From positions 7,797,880-7,861,879 of the forward strand of contig NW_002060947.1 of NCBI RefSeq assembly GCF_000150275.1: DNA of 64,000 nt, written 5' to 3'. The notes below the pieces were generated by a model. The model saw only the letters and a program-made list of their open reading frames with translations. It was not told where the DNA came from and made no database searches. The translations under genes were made by a program, and so were the position numbers. The DNA comes from Trichoplax adhaerens. Lineage: Eukaryota; Animalia; Placozoa. Shown here in pieces: positions 1 to 10,706 of this stretch (its first letter is position 1; each line of letters opens with the position of its first letter).

Positions 1-570
1 ACATTCTACGCTATTATTAACGGTGTTTAGGCCATTTTGATGATACAGGTTATATGATAACTTCAGTTGAATGGCAAGTTCTATATGTGATCGAGGACAA
101 TATAAGTACATGCTGGATGACAACTGCCGTAAGCATGCAACGGCAAGTAAAATGATATAGATAGTATTAATATAGTAGGATATTATTGTGCTACTATCCT
201 TGACGTGGCCCGCATACGAACTCTTTTGCAACAACCTTATTTTAATGATTGGTTTGTGGTAATGATGCTTAGGCCATTTTGGTAGTCATTTCGATGCAAA
301 ATATAGATCAATCTTAGTAATACATATGGACGCTTGCATGATAATGACTCCATGTATTCAATATTTTAGACGATAGCAAGTCAATATGTGTTCCATTCGA
401 AGGGATTTCCTATTTCTGTCAAGGAAGTAATAATACAGGAGCAGTATCGCAGGTAATAAGGAAGTAGCGGGCTTCAAGGATCGCTTCAATTGATTTGACC
501 GCAAGTGGAGTAAAATTGGATTTAACAATTCATATTAAGTATTCCCAGAAGTATGATGATAGTGCATTAC

Positions 571-989
571 CCTACAGCGATGCCTTTAGCTCTTTTACTT
601 TGCATTCTGTGATGGATGAAAGGTTTCACCAGACCTCTAGTCGGATATGTTCCTTCAGCACTATAGATTTTAGAAATCTCGTTTGGATCGGTTACGACCA
701 CAGTTTGCCAGGTAAATATCTTTTGTTTATAAATTGGACCATACTTTTTAGTATTTTCCAGAAGTAAAAGATGCGGTCTTTTAAGATAGTAGCTATCATT
801 TCGTAGAAATGTCATCAGATCCCCTATTATTGGCAGACCTTTCGGTCCAGGAATTTGATGAAAAGGTTTAGTATTACATTCAACTTGCGTGTCGCTACCA
901 ATCGCTGTCGATGTAGCGGATCGAATGGATACTTGTCGATACAAAGTATTCCATCGTTGCAGGTAAGGAACGGATAGTTTCCACTTCAT
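571..989 (-). CDS. Mitochondrial-clan cytochrome P450, first coding exon only (rest of gene lies left of the window)
   Basis: ORF 567-989 has an Arg/Ser/Thr-rich N-terminus resembling a mitochondrial presequence, then KPFHQIPGPKGLPIIG (P450 proline-rich hinge typical of the mitochondrial CYP clan), KKYGPIYK and AEGTYPTR. The exon ends at donor GTAGG|GTAATG (GT at 570-569). No further exon recognised in 1-570. Confidence 0.88.
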
Positions 990-1114
990 ACTGTTCTAAT
1001 CTTACTCAATATCACTGCCTTTCTAGCGTAATTCTTTCTGCCGTTGAATCTTCCTTTCTAATAATTAATAACATTAGTTTAGTCGAGAATTTGTTATCTG
1101 TGAAAGACTTGCAA

Positions 1115-1442
1115 GTAAATGATATTATTCACAGCCGGAAAAAAAAATATCGACACCAATTAGAGTAAATCCTATAGTATGCAGTCCGTATGATCACAAG
1201 TCTCGGTCTATAACGGTACAGTGAATGTAAATGATATTATTCAGAGCCGGAAAAAAATATCGGCACCAATTAGAGTAGATCCGTCAGTGTACTGTCCGTA
1301 TGATCACAAGTCTCGGTCAGTTTTAACGGTACTTTGAATGTAAATGATATTAATCAGAGCCGGAAAGAAATATCGGCACTAATTAGAGTAAATCCGTCAG
1401 TATGCTGTCCGTATGATCACAAGTCTCAGTCTATACGGTACA
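1115..1442. repeat. Tandem repeat, 3 copies of ~112-113 bp, immediately upstream of the CYP start codon
   Basis: Units begin GTAAATGATATTA at 1115, 1227 and 1340. Shared cores are AGCCGGAAA...TATCG(A/G)CAC, AATTAGAGTA and GTCCGTATGATCACAAGTCTC(G/A)GTC. Confidence 0.95.
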
Positions 1443-2633
1443 AATACATAGTTCGTAACTAAGATCTCTTGGACTGCAGTATACGTACAACGAAATTTTT
1501 GCTACCTATTAATTCCATGGTAACCCCACTGACAAAATCGATTGCCATATCTACAGCTTCAATTTTATTATTATTTATTTTATAAATGCTAGATCCTTTA
1601 CTTAATAATTGTAATTGTAAGAGTTATGGTGAGTACAGTCAAGTGTATTTTTTTGGAATAGAAGCAGTCTAGTACAACTCTACTGGTATTCCATTTAGAA
1701 GTCCTGATTCCGACCAAGGACTGCTGAGGAAAAAAACACCAGTAGAGTAGTTAGTATTCTTACCCTAACAATTTTCTTCATACAGTACCCGAATGGAATA
1801 CGATACGATACCATACTATGATAATCTTGAATGAACAATGCTATCAAAATGCAGTTCATGATTCTTGGAATTTTATTTATTGATAGAATAAGATATTGTT
1901 TATGTTTATCGACTTAGTTCAACCGTGAGATGAGGAAGAAATTTGCATAATTACTTTACTGTGTTAACCTTGGAGTTATAATTCGTAAAATCGGTATGCT
2001 TATTTGATGACTAAAATGTGGGACACATGCTTTCATTTTGGAGTCGTAGTCTTTAGATTAGGGCTTAGATAACACTGTTAGCACAATATGTTCTTATCTT
2101 ATGCTATTCGTTATAAACTTAGTTATCTCGTTGATAAATGTGATAATACAGTATGTCAGTTACTCTTCATGGTATGCCATTCTAGAACTTTATTACTATT
2201 GTTACCTACTTAGGACGCATATATAGTAAGATAATCTAGATGTGAATTTTCTTTTAATGCATTGCGTTGTGTAGAATATGTACCCATTCATTTGAACGGG
2301 AATTTCTAGTGAACCCTTTTAATCTTGTTACAAGAAAATCTTACAAAAAAGAAGATTGTAACCAACTGCTAAATACTAAATGTCAATTGAATAGGCCATT
2401 TTGATGTCTTCATGAAATAATTTATCATGTGAAGTGGTATTATGATTTCAAGAATGGATGCAAAAACGGTTCTTTAACCGTAGCAAATTAGTATAATTGC
2501 TTAAAGTTAACGACTATGCTGAAAGTAAATCTACTAAATGTAGGATAAAGTAATGCATTGGGCGAGAAAAGTTGCAATGCTAATTTCATGGCAGTGCGAT
2601 ACTAATCTCTGTTTTAGATATCAGTTTAGTAAG

Positions 2634-2970
2634 CTAGTTGCCGTCTGATACAGGAAATATTATGAGCTAAACCAGTATAGTCGATCGTCTTGCAGGCCTA
2701 ACTATTACAATTGCTGTGAATTATTTTTGTGCTCATAGAGAGACATGTACAATTATAGAGTACAGCAAGCTATATCATAAGTGATTAGAATTACTAGCTG
2801 CCATCTGGTATAGAAAATGCCATAAGTTAGACCAGTGTGATCTATTATCTTGCAGGGCTGATCAATACAATTGCTGCGACTCTTTAATGTTGATGGAGAG
2901 ATATACAAAATTATAGAGTACAGTAAGTTTCACTATAGTTGCTTGTAATTACTAGCATATATCGATATAG
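2634..2970. repeat. Diverged tandem duplication, 2 copies of ~160 bp
   Basis: The blocks CTAG(T/C)TGCC(G/A)TCTG, ACCAGT, TCTTGCAGG, TACAATTGCTG and AATTATAGAGTACAG recur ~160 bp apart. Confidence 0.8.
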
Positions 2971-4951
2971 CGGAGTCAATAAAAAGGCTACAAAGATCTA
3001 TCCATTGGCACTTCAAAACTCAGAGATAGATTTGCAACATTTCATAAAGTACCGCAAGCCTCTACAATCAATTCTAATCTTTGCGTTAGCAATGGTTAAT
3101 GTAATCTGTATTTAGCGCATTTTTTGCCGATTAATATTAATTTTGAAGTGGTTAGCCAAAAAGAGAGGGTTTTACTTTGAAAGTATATTTAATAAATTCA
3201 GTAATATTTATTAATCATAGTAGTAATTAATTAATTCAGTACTCGATTTAAAATGTAATTAGACATAACGGATGCTAAAGGGTATGTTTTTATGTTAAAT
3301 TGAAAGCATATTCTAATAAATAAGTTCATTGCCTATCTTTCATTATTTATGAGATCAAATTTAATTTCTATTGCCAGAGTAATAGACGCCTGTAATGCAA
3401 AATAGGTGCAATTTTAAATCATAATGAATGTCTTGCCTTGATTTATTCAATCATTGTTTTAATCTTATTATTCTGTTCGTTAAATAATTATAGATTTCCT
3501 GCACATGTGAACTGAATTAAAAGGTTTACGATAAAATATAATTGCCTCCATTTCGATGTTGAGATATTTAAATTAAACAATGTTGCAGATTATTATCTTT
3601 GCCATATACAGTATTATTCTGAAGTGATATTAGATCGCAATAATGCACAACAAGGTCAAAATTAAGATAACATACAAACAAAAAGATTGCTATGAATGGA
3701 TCAAATTCTTTCTGTGACATGATATAAATTTTTAAGCTACTGATTTCTTCTCCCTTCGTTTATGGCATAACAGCCATGGATATAAGTGACCGATACATTA
3801 TAAGAAGTAAAGATGTCCTGTACCATATAAGTATCGGCGCGAATGGCTTATTTCATATTATTAATTTGTTAAACGTAAAATTAAATCGAATTCGACACTT
3901 TTTATTGATAAACTGTATTTTGATCATCCGAATTCTTATACAAAAAAGAATTCTTTAATTTTTATTATAAAAAAATCAATTTAATTACATGGATCGGAAT
4001 CAAGAATATGATGCAATAAGTTGGTATACTAATGGAAGGGTTCATTCAAAAGCGGTATTGCATTGCTTCGTTCAGAATTGAACTATTTTTATCATTGGCT
4101 ATAGTTAATCCAATAAAAATTTAATTAGTAGGTTAGTTTATATTTGAATAATCGACGTTACTGGAATGGATTCAAATTAGATTATAATTTGAATAACTAA
4201 TTCAAACAATGACGTGAATATTAATTAATTATATCCAAGACACCTAAAACTGAATCAATATTTCTAAAACAATATTTACAACTGATTGGCTAGCTTGTCA
4301 TAAGGGAAATTTGCCCATCATTGCATTATTATGCAAGACATATTATGCAACATTGGATAAAAATGTAGAGAAATAAAACAATTTGCTAACTCCTGTCGAA
4401 AAAGAGAAAGTATTTGTCATTGCATCAATGAATGGTACATCAGTATAGTTACTATGTCGCCTTAGACAAAAATAAACTTGAAATAAAACAATCAATTTAG
4501 CTAATTAGACATTCTTTTAAGTATCTCTTGGCTCCACTTCAATTTACTAGTAAACAATTAAAAATCTATATCAAATCATTCGAGATATTCTAAGCACAAA
4601 GGGATGTTGGAATAACATTTTTTGCTTTATCATCCCTGTCGTATGAGCAGCATGAATTATTTATTTTCAATCCCATTAATTTTTTTTCATTCTCATTTTT
4701 TCATTTCTAAGAGCTTCAATCTACTGGATATTCACAACGACTGTAGAAGTGCCTCATAAGTTCCCTTAAAAATACCAAAACAAAAAGAGAGAGGTCCATC
4801 AGTATTTAACATTAGAAAATTATACATATCTACTTCTCAGATTAAGTGTATTGATCATCTTTGGTGTTGCGCAAAATCCCTCCTATTCTCTAAATTTTCA
4901 ACTATTACATTATAATTATTCTACTGGTTTATTGGTAAAAAATTTAGAAAT

Positions 4952-7585
4952 ATGACACGAAAAAAAGTGCTTCCATTCTATCTGCTAATTACGATAATCA
5001 TTATATCCAAGAATATTTTAACTCAGAGTCAAAAACTACATGAAAGACAAACGAAGAAGCTACTGCATCCATACGCACCAGGTGATCTTATGATTGGCAG
5101 TCTAATGAACATTGAAAGAGTTTATAACAGCCATGCCGATAAATACATTCCAAACTATGATGTTAAAATGAAAAGAGTATTGGCTATCATTTATAGTATT
5201 GAAATGGTCAACAAGAATAAGCATTTACTGCCTAATGTGAGCTTAGGCTACGATATGCGAGATTATTGTTCGTGTACCAGGGTTGCTTTAACTCAGTCGT
5301 TTGATTTTGTAAAGAGTTTTTCTGCAACTAATTGCGATGAAAAGTATTCACAGGATCATGCTGGTTCTGGAAATTCTAAGAATAAAACTAGTACCCACAA
5401 TAATCTAATAGCAATTATGGGGACTGAAACAAGTAAGGATTCCATTGCCGTAGCAACGCTAATAGGTGATTATCATATTCCCATGGTTAGTTATTTTTCA
5501 TCAAGTCATATTTTAAGTGATACAGTGCGTTTTAAGACATTCTTTCGTACAATACCATCGGATATTAATCAAGCTAAAGCACTTGTTAAACTCGTCAAAT
5601 ATTTTGGCTGGAATTATGTTGCGCTAGTGGCGGTTACCGATAGCTATGGTGACGCATTAGCAAGTTCATTTTCGGCTATGGCTTCAACAGTTGGCATCTG
5701 TATACCCATACATCGCATCATCTCTACTTTAGATGGCAAGAACCAGATTCGGAATATCGTTCAAGATATTGCTAAAAATGATAAAGTTAATGTCATCTTA
5801 TTAATGGTGACTCTAACTGAAGCAAAGTTATTCATCGAGGAACTTTACAACCAAAATGTTACTGGTAAAACACTCGTCGGCTGCGACGCTTGGATAGGTG
5901 ATAAGCTTTTGCGAATAGTGAACCATATTTATTTCGATCAGCAGGGTGTTATAGGTCTTACATTTTCGCCGAATTATATAGATGATTTCGAAAGATACCT
6001 AGCTAACATTAATTTATGCCAGCAAGATAATAATGTCTGGTTACAAGAATATCAGCGATGGAGAAACTGGGGAAATCCTCTTTCTCGCCACTGTAAACTT
6101 CCTCGAGTACCCAAAGTGAGAGTTAACTCTTCCTTGCTTGATGAATCAGCCGCTGGCAATATTATCGATGGAGTTTATGCAATTGCATACTCATTACATA
6201 AACTATTAAATTGTTCTACTCAATATTGTCCATATATTGATTTTCGACATTTTCCTAGAATGAAATTTATCAAGATCCTCCGTAAAATTACTTTCCCGGG
6301 ATTAACAGCTAGCCGCTTCCGATTTGATATCAATGGCGATCGTTATACCGACTATTCCATCGCGAATATACAGAAACACCCAACTACAGGCAGATTCTAT
6401 CTCCGAGCAGTGGGTCGGGTGGGTAATGACCTTCAAATTAAAGCCGATAAAGATAAGTTCGTTTGGAATTTTCCATTGAATGATAAAGATGAAATCGATA
6501 GTCATCCGAAATCGAGATGTAGTGAAGATTGCCAACCAGGAACCTACCGCGATGACATCGAAACTGGCGGTTGTTGTTGGAATTGCAAACCTTGTCCTGA
6601 TAACTATTATTCTAATCAAACTAATTCTCCATTATGCCATGCATGTTTATTGGGTTTTAAATCAAACGCCAACAGATCTGAATGTATTAAAGTAAACATT
6701 ACTAACTTAAGTCTACGCGATCCATTAGTTATTTTCTTATTTTCATTCCTTGTTGCTGCCGTTTTGCTTACGGCAATAATATGGATCATGATGTGCTACT
6801 ATCGACATACACCAGTTGTGAAGGCATCCAATTTTCCACTCACCAACTTGCTCCTCTTTAGCCTAATGTGTATCTACATTGCACCGGCTGTCAACTTAAT
6901 GCCACAGTCTAAAGTTACATGCACAGTAATGTCCTATTCATTTTCATTAGCATTATTGCTTACATTGGCAATCATAACAGCAAGAGCTCATCTTTTATCT
7001 CGATTATTTATTACTAAGCCTTGGCCAGCCGATCGAAATCGTCTCTTGAATTCAAATAAAGGTTATGTTGTACTTATTATAGGTGTAATGATTATAGCTG
7101 TTATTCTGCTAATATTTCTTAATTATATTGATCCATTATACGTTGAAAGATATATTTCACCAACCAATGTGGCCTATCCTTACTGTTATAGTAAGAATAG
7201 TCTTGGTGTGATGGTGTTTTCTGCGATACAGATTGTAATGGACTTATTATGCATCTATTATGCTTTCAAGATCCGTAAAATCCCAAGTAATTTTAACGAA
7301 GCAAGATACATCTTTTTCGCTTCGTTAATAATGTGTATGCTATTTATTACCGTTTTATCAGCAAGTTTTGTCGAGCATGGGCCTTATGAGACGGCTATCC
7401 AGGTGATTGGAGTCACACTTATTTCCCTAAGTACAACTCTTTGTATCTTTGCTCCCAAGATTTACGTTATCTATTATGATATGGAATTCAACGTTAAGAA
7501 AAATGCTATAGCAGCTATAGTTCAATATAGCTTTCAAGATAATATCTTCGGGTCACGAAATGCAAGTAGTGGATCTCAAAAATAA
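4952..7585 (+). CDS. Class C (family 3) GPCR, metabotropic glutamate / calcium-sensing receptor-like, single exon, 877 aa
   Basis: Signal peptide; Venus flytrap domain (PGDLMIG, LLPNVSLGYDMRDYC, FFRTIPSD, FGWNYV, DSYG, GCDAW); nine-cysteine domain (SRCSEDCQPG...CCWNCKPC...CHAC); 7TM region with TPVVKASN and KIRKIPSNFNEARYI; FAPKIYVI at the end of TM7. Confidence 0.96.
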   Translation: MTRKKVLPFYLLITIIIISKNILTQSQKLHERQTKKLLHPYAPGDLMIGSLMNIERVYNSHADKYIPNYDVKMKRVLAIIYSIEMVNKNKHLLPNVSLGYDMRDYCSCTRVALTQSFDFVKSFSATNCDEKYSQDHAGSGNSKNKTSTHNNLIAIMGTETSKDSIAVATLIGDYHIPMVSYFSSSHILSDTVRFKTFFRTIPSDINQAKALVKLVKYFGWNYVALVAVTDSYGDALASSFSAMASTVGICIPIHRIISTLDGKNQIRNIVQDIAKNDKVNVILLMVTLTEAKLFIEELYNQNVTGKTLVGCDAWIGDKLLRIVNHIYFDQQGVIGLTFSPNYIDDFERYLANINLCQQDNNVWLQEYQRWRNWGNPLSRHCKLPRVPKVRVNSSLLDESAAGNIIDGVYAIAYSLHKLLNCSTQYCPYIDFRHFPRMKFIKILRKITFPGLTASRFRFDINGDRYTDYSIANIQKHPTTGRFYLRAVGRVGNDLQIKADKDKFVWNFPLNDKDEIDSHPKSRCSEDCQPGTYRDDIETGGCCWNCKPCPDNYYSNQTNSPLCHACLLGFKSNANRSECIKVNITNLSLRDPLVIFLFSFLVAAVLLTAIIWIMMCYYRHTPVVKASNFPLTNLLLFSLMCIYIAPAVNLMPQSKVTCTVMSYSFSLALLLTLAIITARAHLLSRLFITKPWPADRNRLLNSNKGYVVLIIGVMIIAVILLIFLNYIDPLYVERYISPTNVAYPYCYSKNSLGVMVFSAIQIVMDLLCIYYAFKIRKIPSNFNEARYIFFASLIMCMLFITVLSASFVEHGPYETAIQVIGVTLISLSTTLCIFAPKIYVIYYDMEFNVKKNAIAAIVQYSFQDNIFGSRNASSGSQK

Positions 7586-9242
7586 AACTATGGTTTGGAC
7601 TATTGAATCTCAGGCAGAGTGCTATCAGCAATATGATAAAAAGTCAACATTGATGCATCTTAATTCTTCGTAAATTTATTGCATGTGTTTTGTCTTGTAG
7701 CTTTATGAATATTCTTTCGCAGCTATTCCTTATTGTTAGCTTTAAATGAGCAAGCGTACGCTTTAGGTGATTGCCTTCCTTATTAATGAAATTATTAATT
7801 TTTACTTGATCTACGATACTAATACCCATATTCACTTTCATACTGAGTTATTTGTGCCATAACGGTATTTTGTTTGTAAATATTACAGAATTCTTCTACT
7901 TGTTAAGTTTTAAACGGCACTTGTACTATCCATTCCTTCACGATTACTGTATATTCGTTACCCAGTAATTACTTCAGGTAGCAGTGATTATAGTAGTTTT
8001 TATGGCGGCTATGGGCTAATAGGGTTTCAAAAATGCGATAATTTTAAAACTTCATTATCCATCTTTACTAGATGAAATACGATTGCATATTATCTTGTGC
8101 TAATAACTGCTAATATTGAAGCTACGAGTATCTATTATACTTGTACATACGCGCATATATAGTATACGTACGATAAGAATATGTGTAGCTACTACATATG
8201 TATCGATTTCATAAAATAAAATTGATTAGCGCTGCGAAATACTGTAATCGTTGTTATTAATGAGTGCTGTAATAGGCCTAATCTAAAGTGCGGATGCTGT
8301 ATCGGGTATGCGATATTTCGCTACAAGAGAATAATTTGTACAGAGTAGAGTTTAAGCTTAGATCGGTAAAATGATGTGGATTACTAAAGTCTTCCAGCAA
8401 ACTGAAACATTCTACTCTGATAAAATATGTACAGTATGCAAAGTATCATGTGCATGGGTTTTACAGAGTAATTAGTTACGTATAACAAGCAACTTCTTAT
8501 CCTGTTTTTTTTTAATCGATCTACTTTTCATTGGAAAATAACCATAACAATCATTTTCTCTTCTACACTTTTCCGGTTTTAGTCGATTTACTTTGAGCGA
8601 AAAATAAATCATGACAGCTATTTATACAGCTATAAACTGGAAATATTTTCATCACAAAATAATCATAACTTTACAATATACATATATCGGTATAGTTGGA
8701 TTGACTAGTCGATTTCTGCTGCTATTGATTGAAAGAAAAAAATCATTATGGCCAGTTGAATTAGTGGCGAGATTTCTAATCATTAATTACTTATGTTAGG
8801 TTATTGTCAGAGTCATGTGAGCACGTAGATTATATTTTGGCTTGAAATAGTTCAATTGATACTAGTGTACTTCGTTAAAGGATATTTTAGCCATGTTTGG
8901 GCCCCGCAGTGTAGACTATGGACTACTAGAAGAAGACATGGACTGATCACTCTTGGACGGGCAGACGCTTTTGATCTCATCTCGTCAAAATATTGTGCCA
9001 AATACCTCGTTTTGACAGTACTTTAGTATAGAGACGATCGATTTTAAAAGGATTGATTTTTTTGTAAATGAAGTAATATTAAATTGAATTTTATTATCTA
9101 TTACTCAATTCTGCTTGGAAAGAACTCTATAAGATCGCCGATGTTATTTAAATTAGTACTGGAGATTTTTAGAAAACAGACACGGAAGCTCCATCTACAA
9201 CTGTAAGTAATCATTTTTCGATATTGACAAGTCTCATTTGGT

Positions 9243-9875
9243 AAGGAGAGTCCGTCTGTCCGAGGGAGTGGCCCGTCCCCGTGTACAGTACTATGTACTG
9301 TATTCTACAATGCACAGTACCACCTACTACAGTACTTACTATAGTAGTCACAACAGTCTGTTGAGTTAAGAAGAGTCTGTCTGTCCGAGGGGGTGGTCAG
9401 TCCCCGAGTACAGTACTACAGTATGTACATACTGTACTCCACAGTGCACAGTACCACCTTTTACAGTACTTACTGTAGTAATAACAACACTCAATGTTGA
9501 GTGGTAAGAAGAGTCCGTCTGTCCGATGGAGTGGTCAGTCTACATACAGTACTATGTACTGTATTCCACAGTGCACAGTACCACCTACTACAGTACTTAC
9601 TGTAGTAGTAACAGCAGTATGTTGAGTAGTAAGAAGAGTCCGTCTGTCCGAGGGAGTGGTCAGTCCCCGCGTACAGTACTATGTACTGTATTCCATAGTG
9701 CACGCTACCGCCTTTTACAGTACAGTACTGTACTTACTGTAGTAGTAACAGCACTTAATGTTGAGTCGTAAGAAGAGTCCTTCTGTCCGAGGGAGTGGTC
9801 AGTACCCGCGTACAGTACTATGTACTGTATTCCACAGTGCACGCTACCGCCTTTTACAGTACTTACTGTAGTAGT
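9243..9875. repeat. Tandem repeat, 5 copies of ~125-140 bp, palindrome-rich, upstream of IleRS
   Basis: Units start AAG(A/G)AGAGTC-GTCTGTCCGAGGGAGTGGTCAGTC (minor variants) at ~9243, 9368, 9506, 9631 and 9770. Each contains the inverted repeats TACAGTACTATGTACTGTA and TACAGTACTTACTGTA. It decays into TACTGTAC/TACAGT simple sequence out to ~10040. Confidence 0.95.
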
Positions 9876-10706
9876 TGTCATACTGTACTGTACTGTACAG
9901 TGTACAGTATATTGGCTAACTACCTTATAGATACAGTGTACACTATACACTGTACAGTAGTAGTAACAGCGTTCAATGTTCAGTACTATCAAACTGAGTG
10001 TCAGTACGGATTTTACAGCACTGTACTGTACTGTAGATCATTCATAAATGGGGATATAACGGTCAGTGATACTTTCATCATTTATGGACTTAAGAGCAAG
10101 TTTAACTTTCTAACTTTACCAGATTCAGATTTTTCAGAATCTCTCCATCAACCTAATATATCATTCAATTATAGCTTTACTGTATTTTTAAAGAAAAATA
10201 TTGCCCGAAAGTGACAAAATGTTATGAAACAGTATGTACAGTGTACAGTGTACAGTCGGCTGGGTCGATGAAAATACTGTACACTGTAGGCTATTGCATC
10301 CTGTAATATTTCGTAAGCCTTCAGAAACGCCAAAAGGAATAGACTTGAAGTTGATAGAAAAGCTTTTGATGCATAAAAGGAATAGGCTACAGTATGATTA
10401 AGTCGCCATGGTTCGATCACCTACAGTCGGATGGATCGTACATAACGTGACCAGTTGACCATGGCTGCTTCTGCCATACCTTGCGTGCTTTAACGGACCG
10501 GCGTGGAAGGCACCAGCTGAAAGTCCATCTCATTCAAGAAGGCTCTTGGCTATTTCGGTATGAGGAAAGAGTGATGAAATTCTGTTTAGCCTTGAAGAAT
10601 TGTCAAGTGGATTGGAGCTATTCTTCGACTAATTGATTCACTTATTTTTCTCATTGCAAGACAATTGACTGCAGTGGGTGCAGGGTGAAATCCAGACGTA
10701 GAAACC

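Noticed and set aside
6302-6695. Antisense and alternate-frame ORFs within the GPCR; similar shadow ORFs at 495-767, 24834-25067, 27940-28394, 51671-52142 and 56711-56944
   Set aside because: They are shadows of real coding exons with no independent support.
9243-9875. CRISPR-like appearance (conserved GC-rich head recurring at regular spacing)
   Set aside because: The intervening sequence is also repeated, so there are no unique spacers. The context is eukaryotic with spliceosomal introns and there are no cas genes.
9491-10420. Overlapping ORFs rich in Y/S/T/V/C
   Set aside because: They are largely translations of the TACAGTAC/TACTGTA-rich repeat and its flank, with no domain similarity.
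10461-10706. Upstream in-frame mitochondrial targeting extension for dual-localised IleRS
   Set aside because: An in-frame TGA lies ~21 nt upstream of the ATG at 10707, and neither upstream ATG reaches the main frame.
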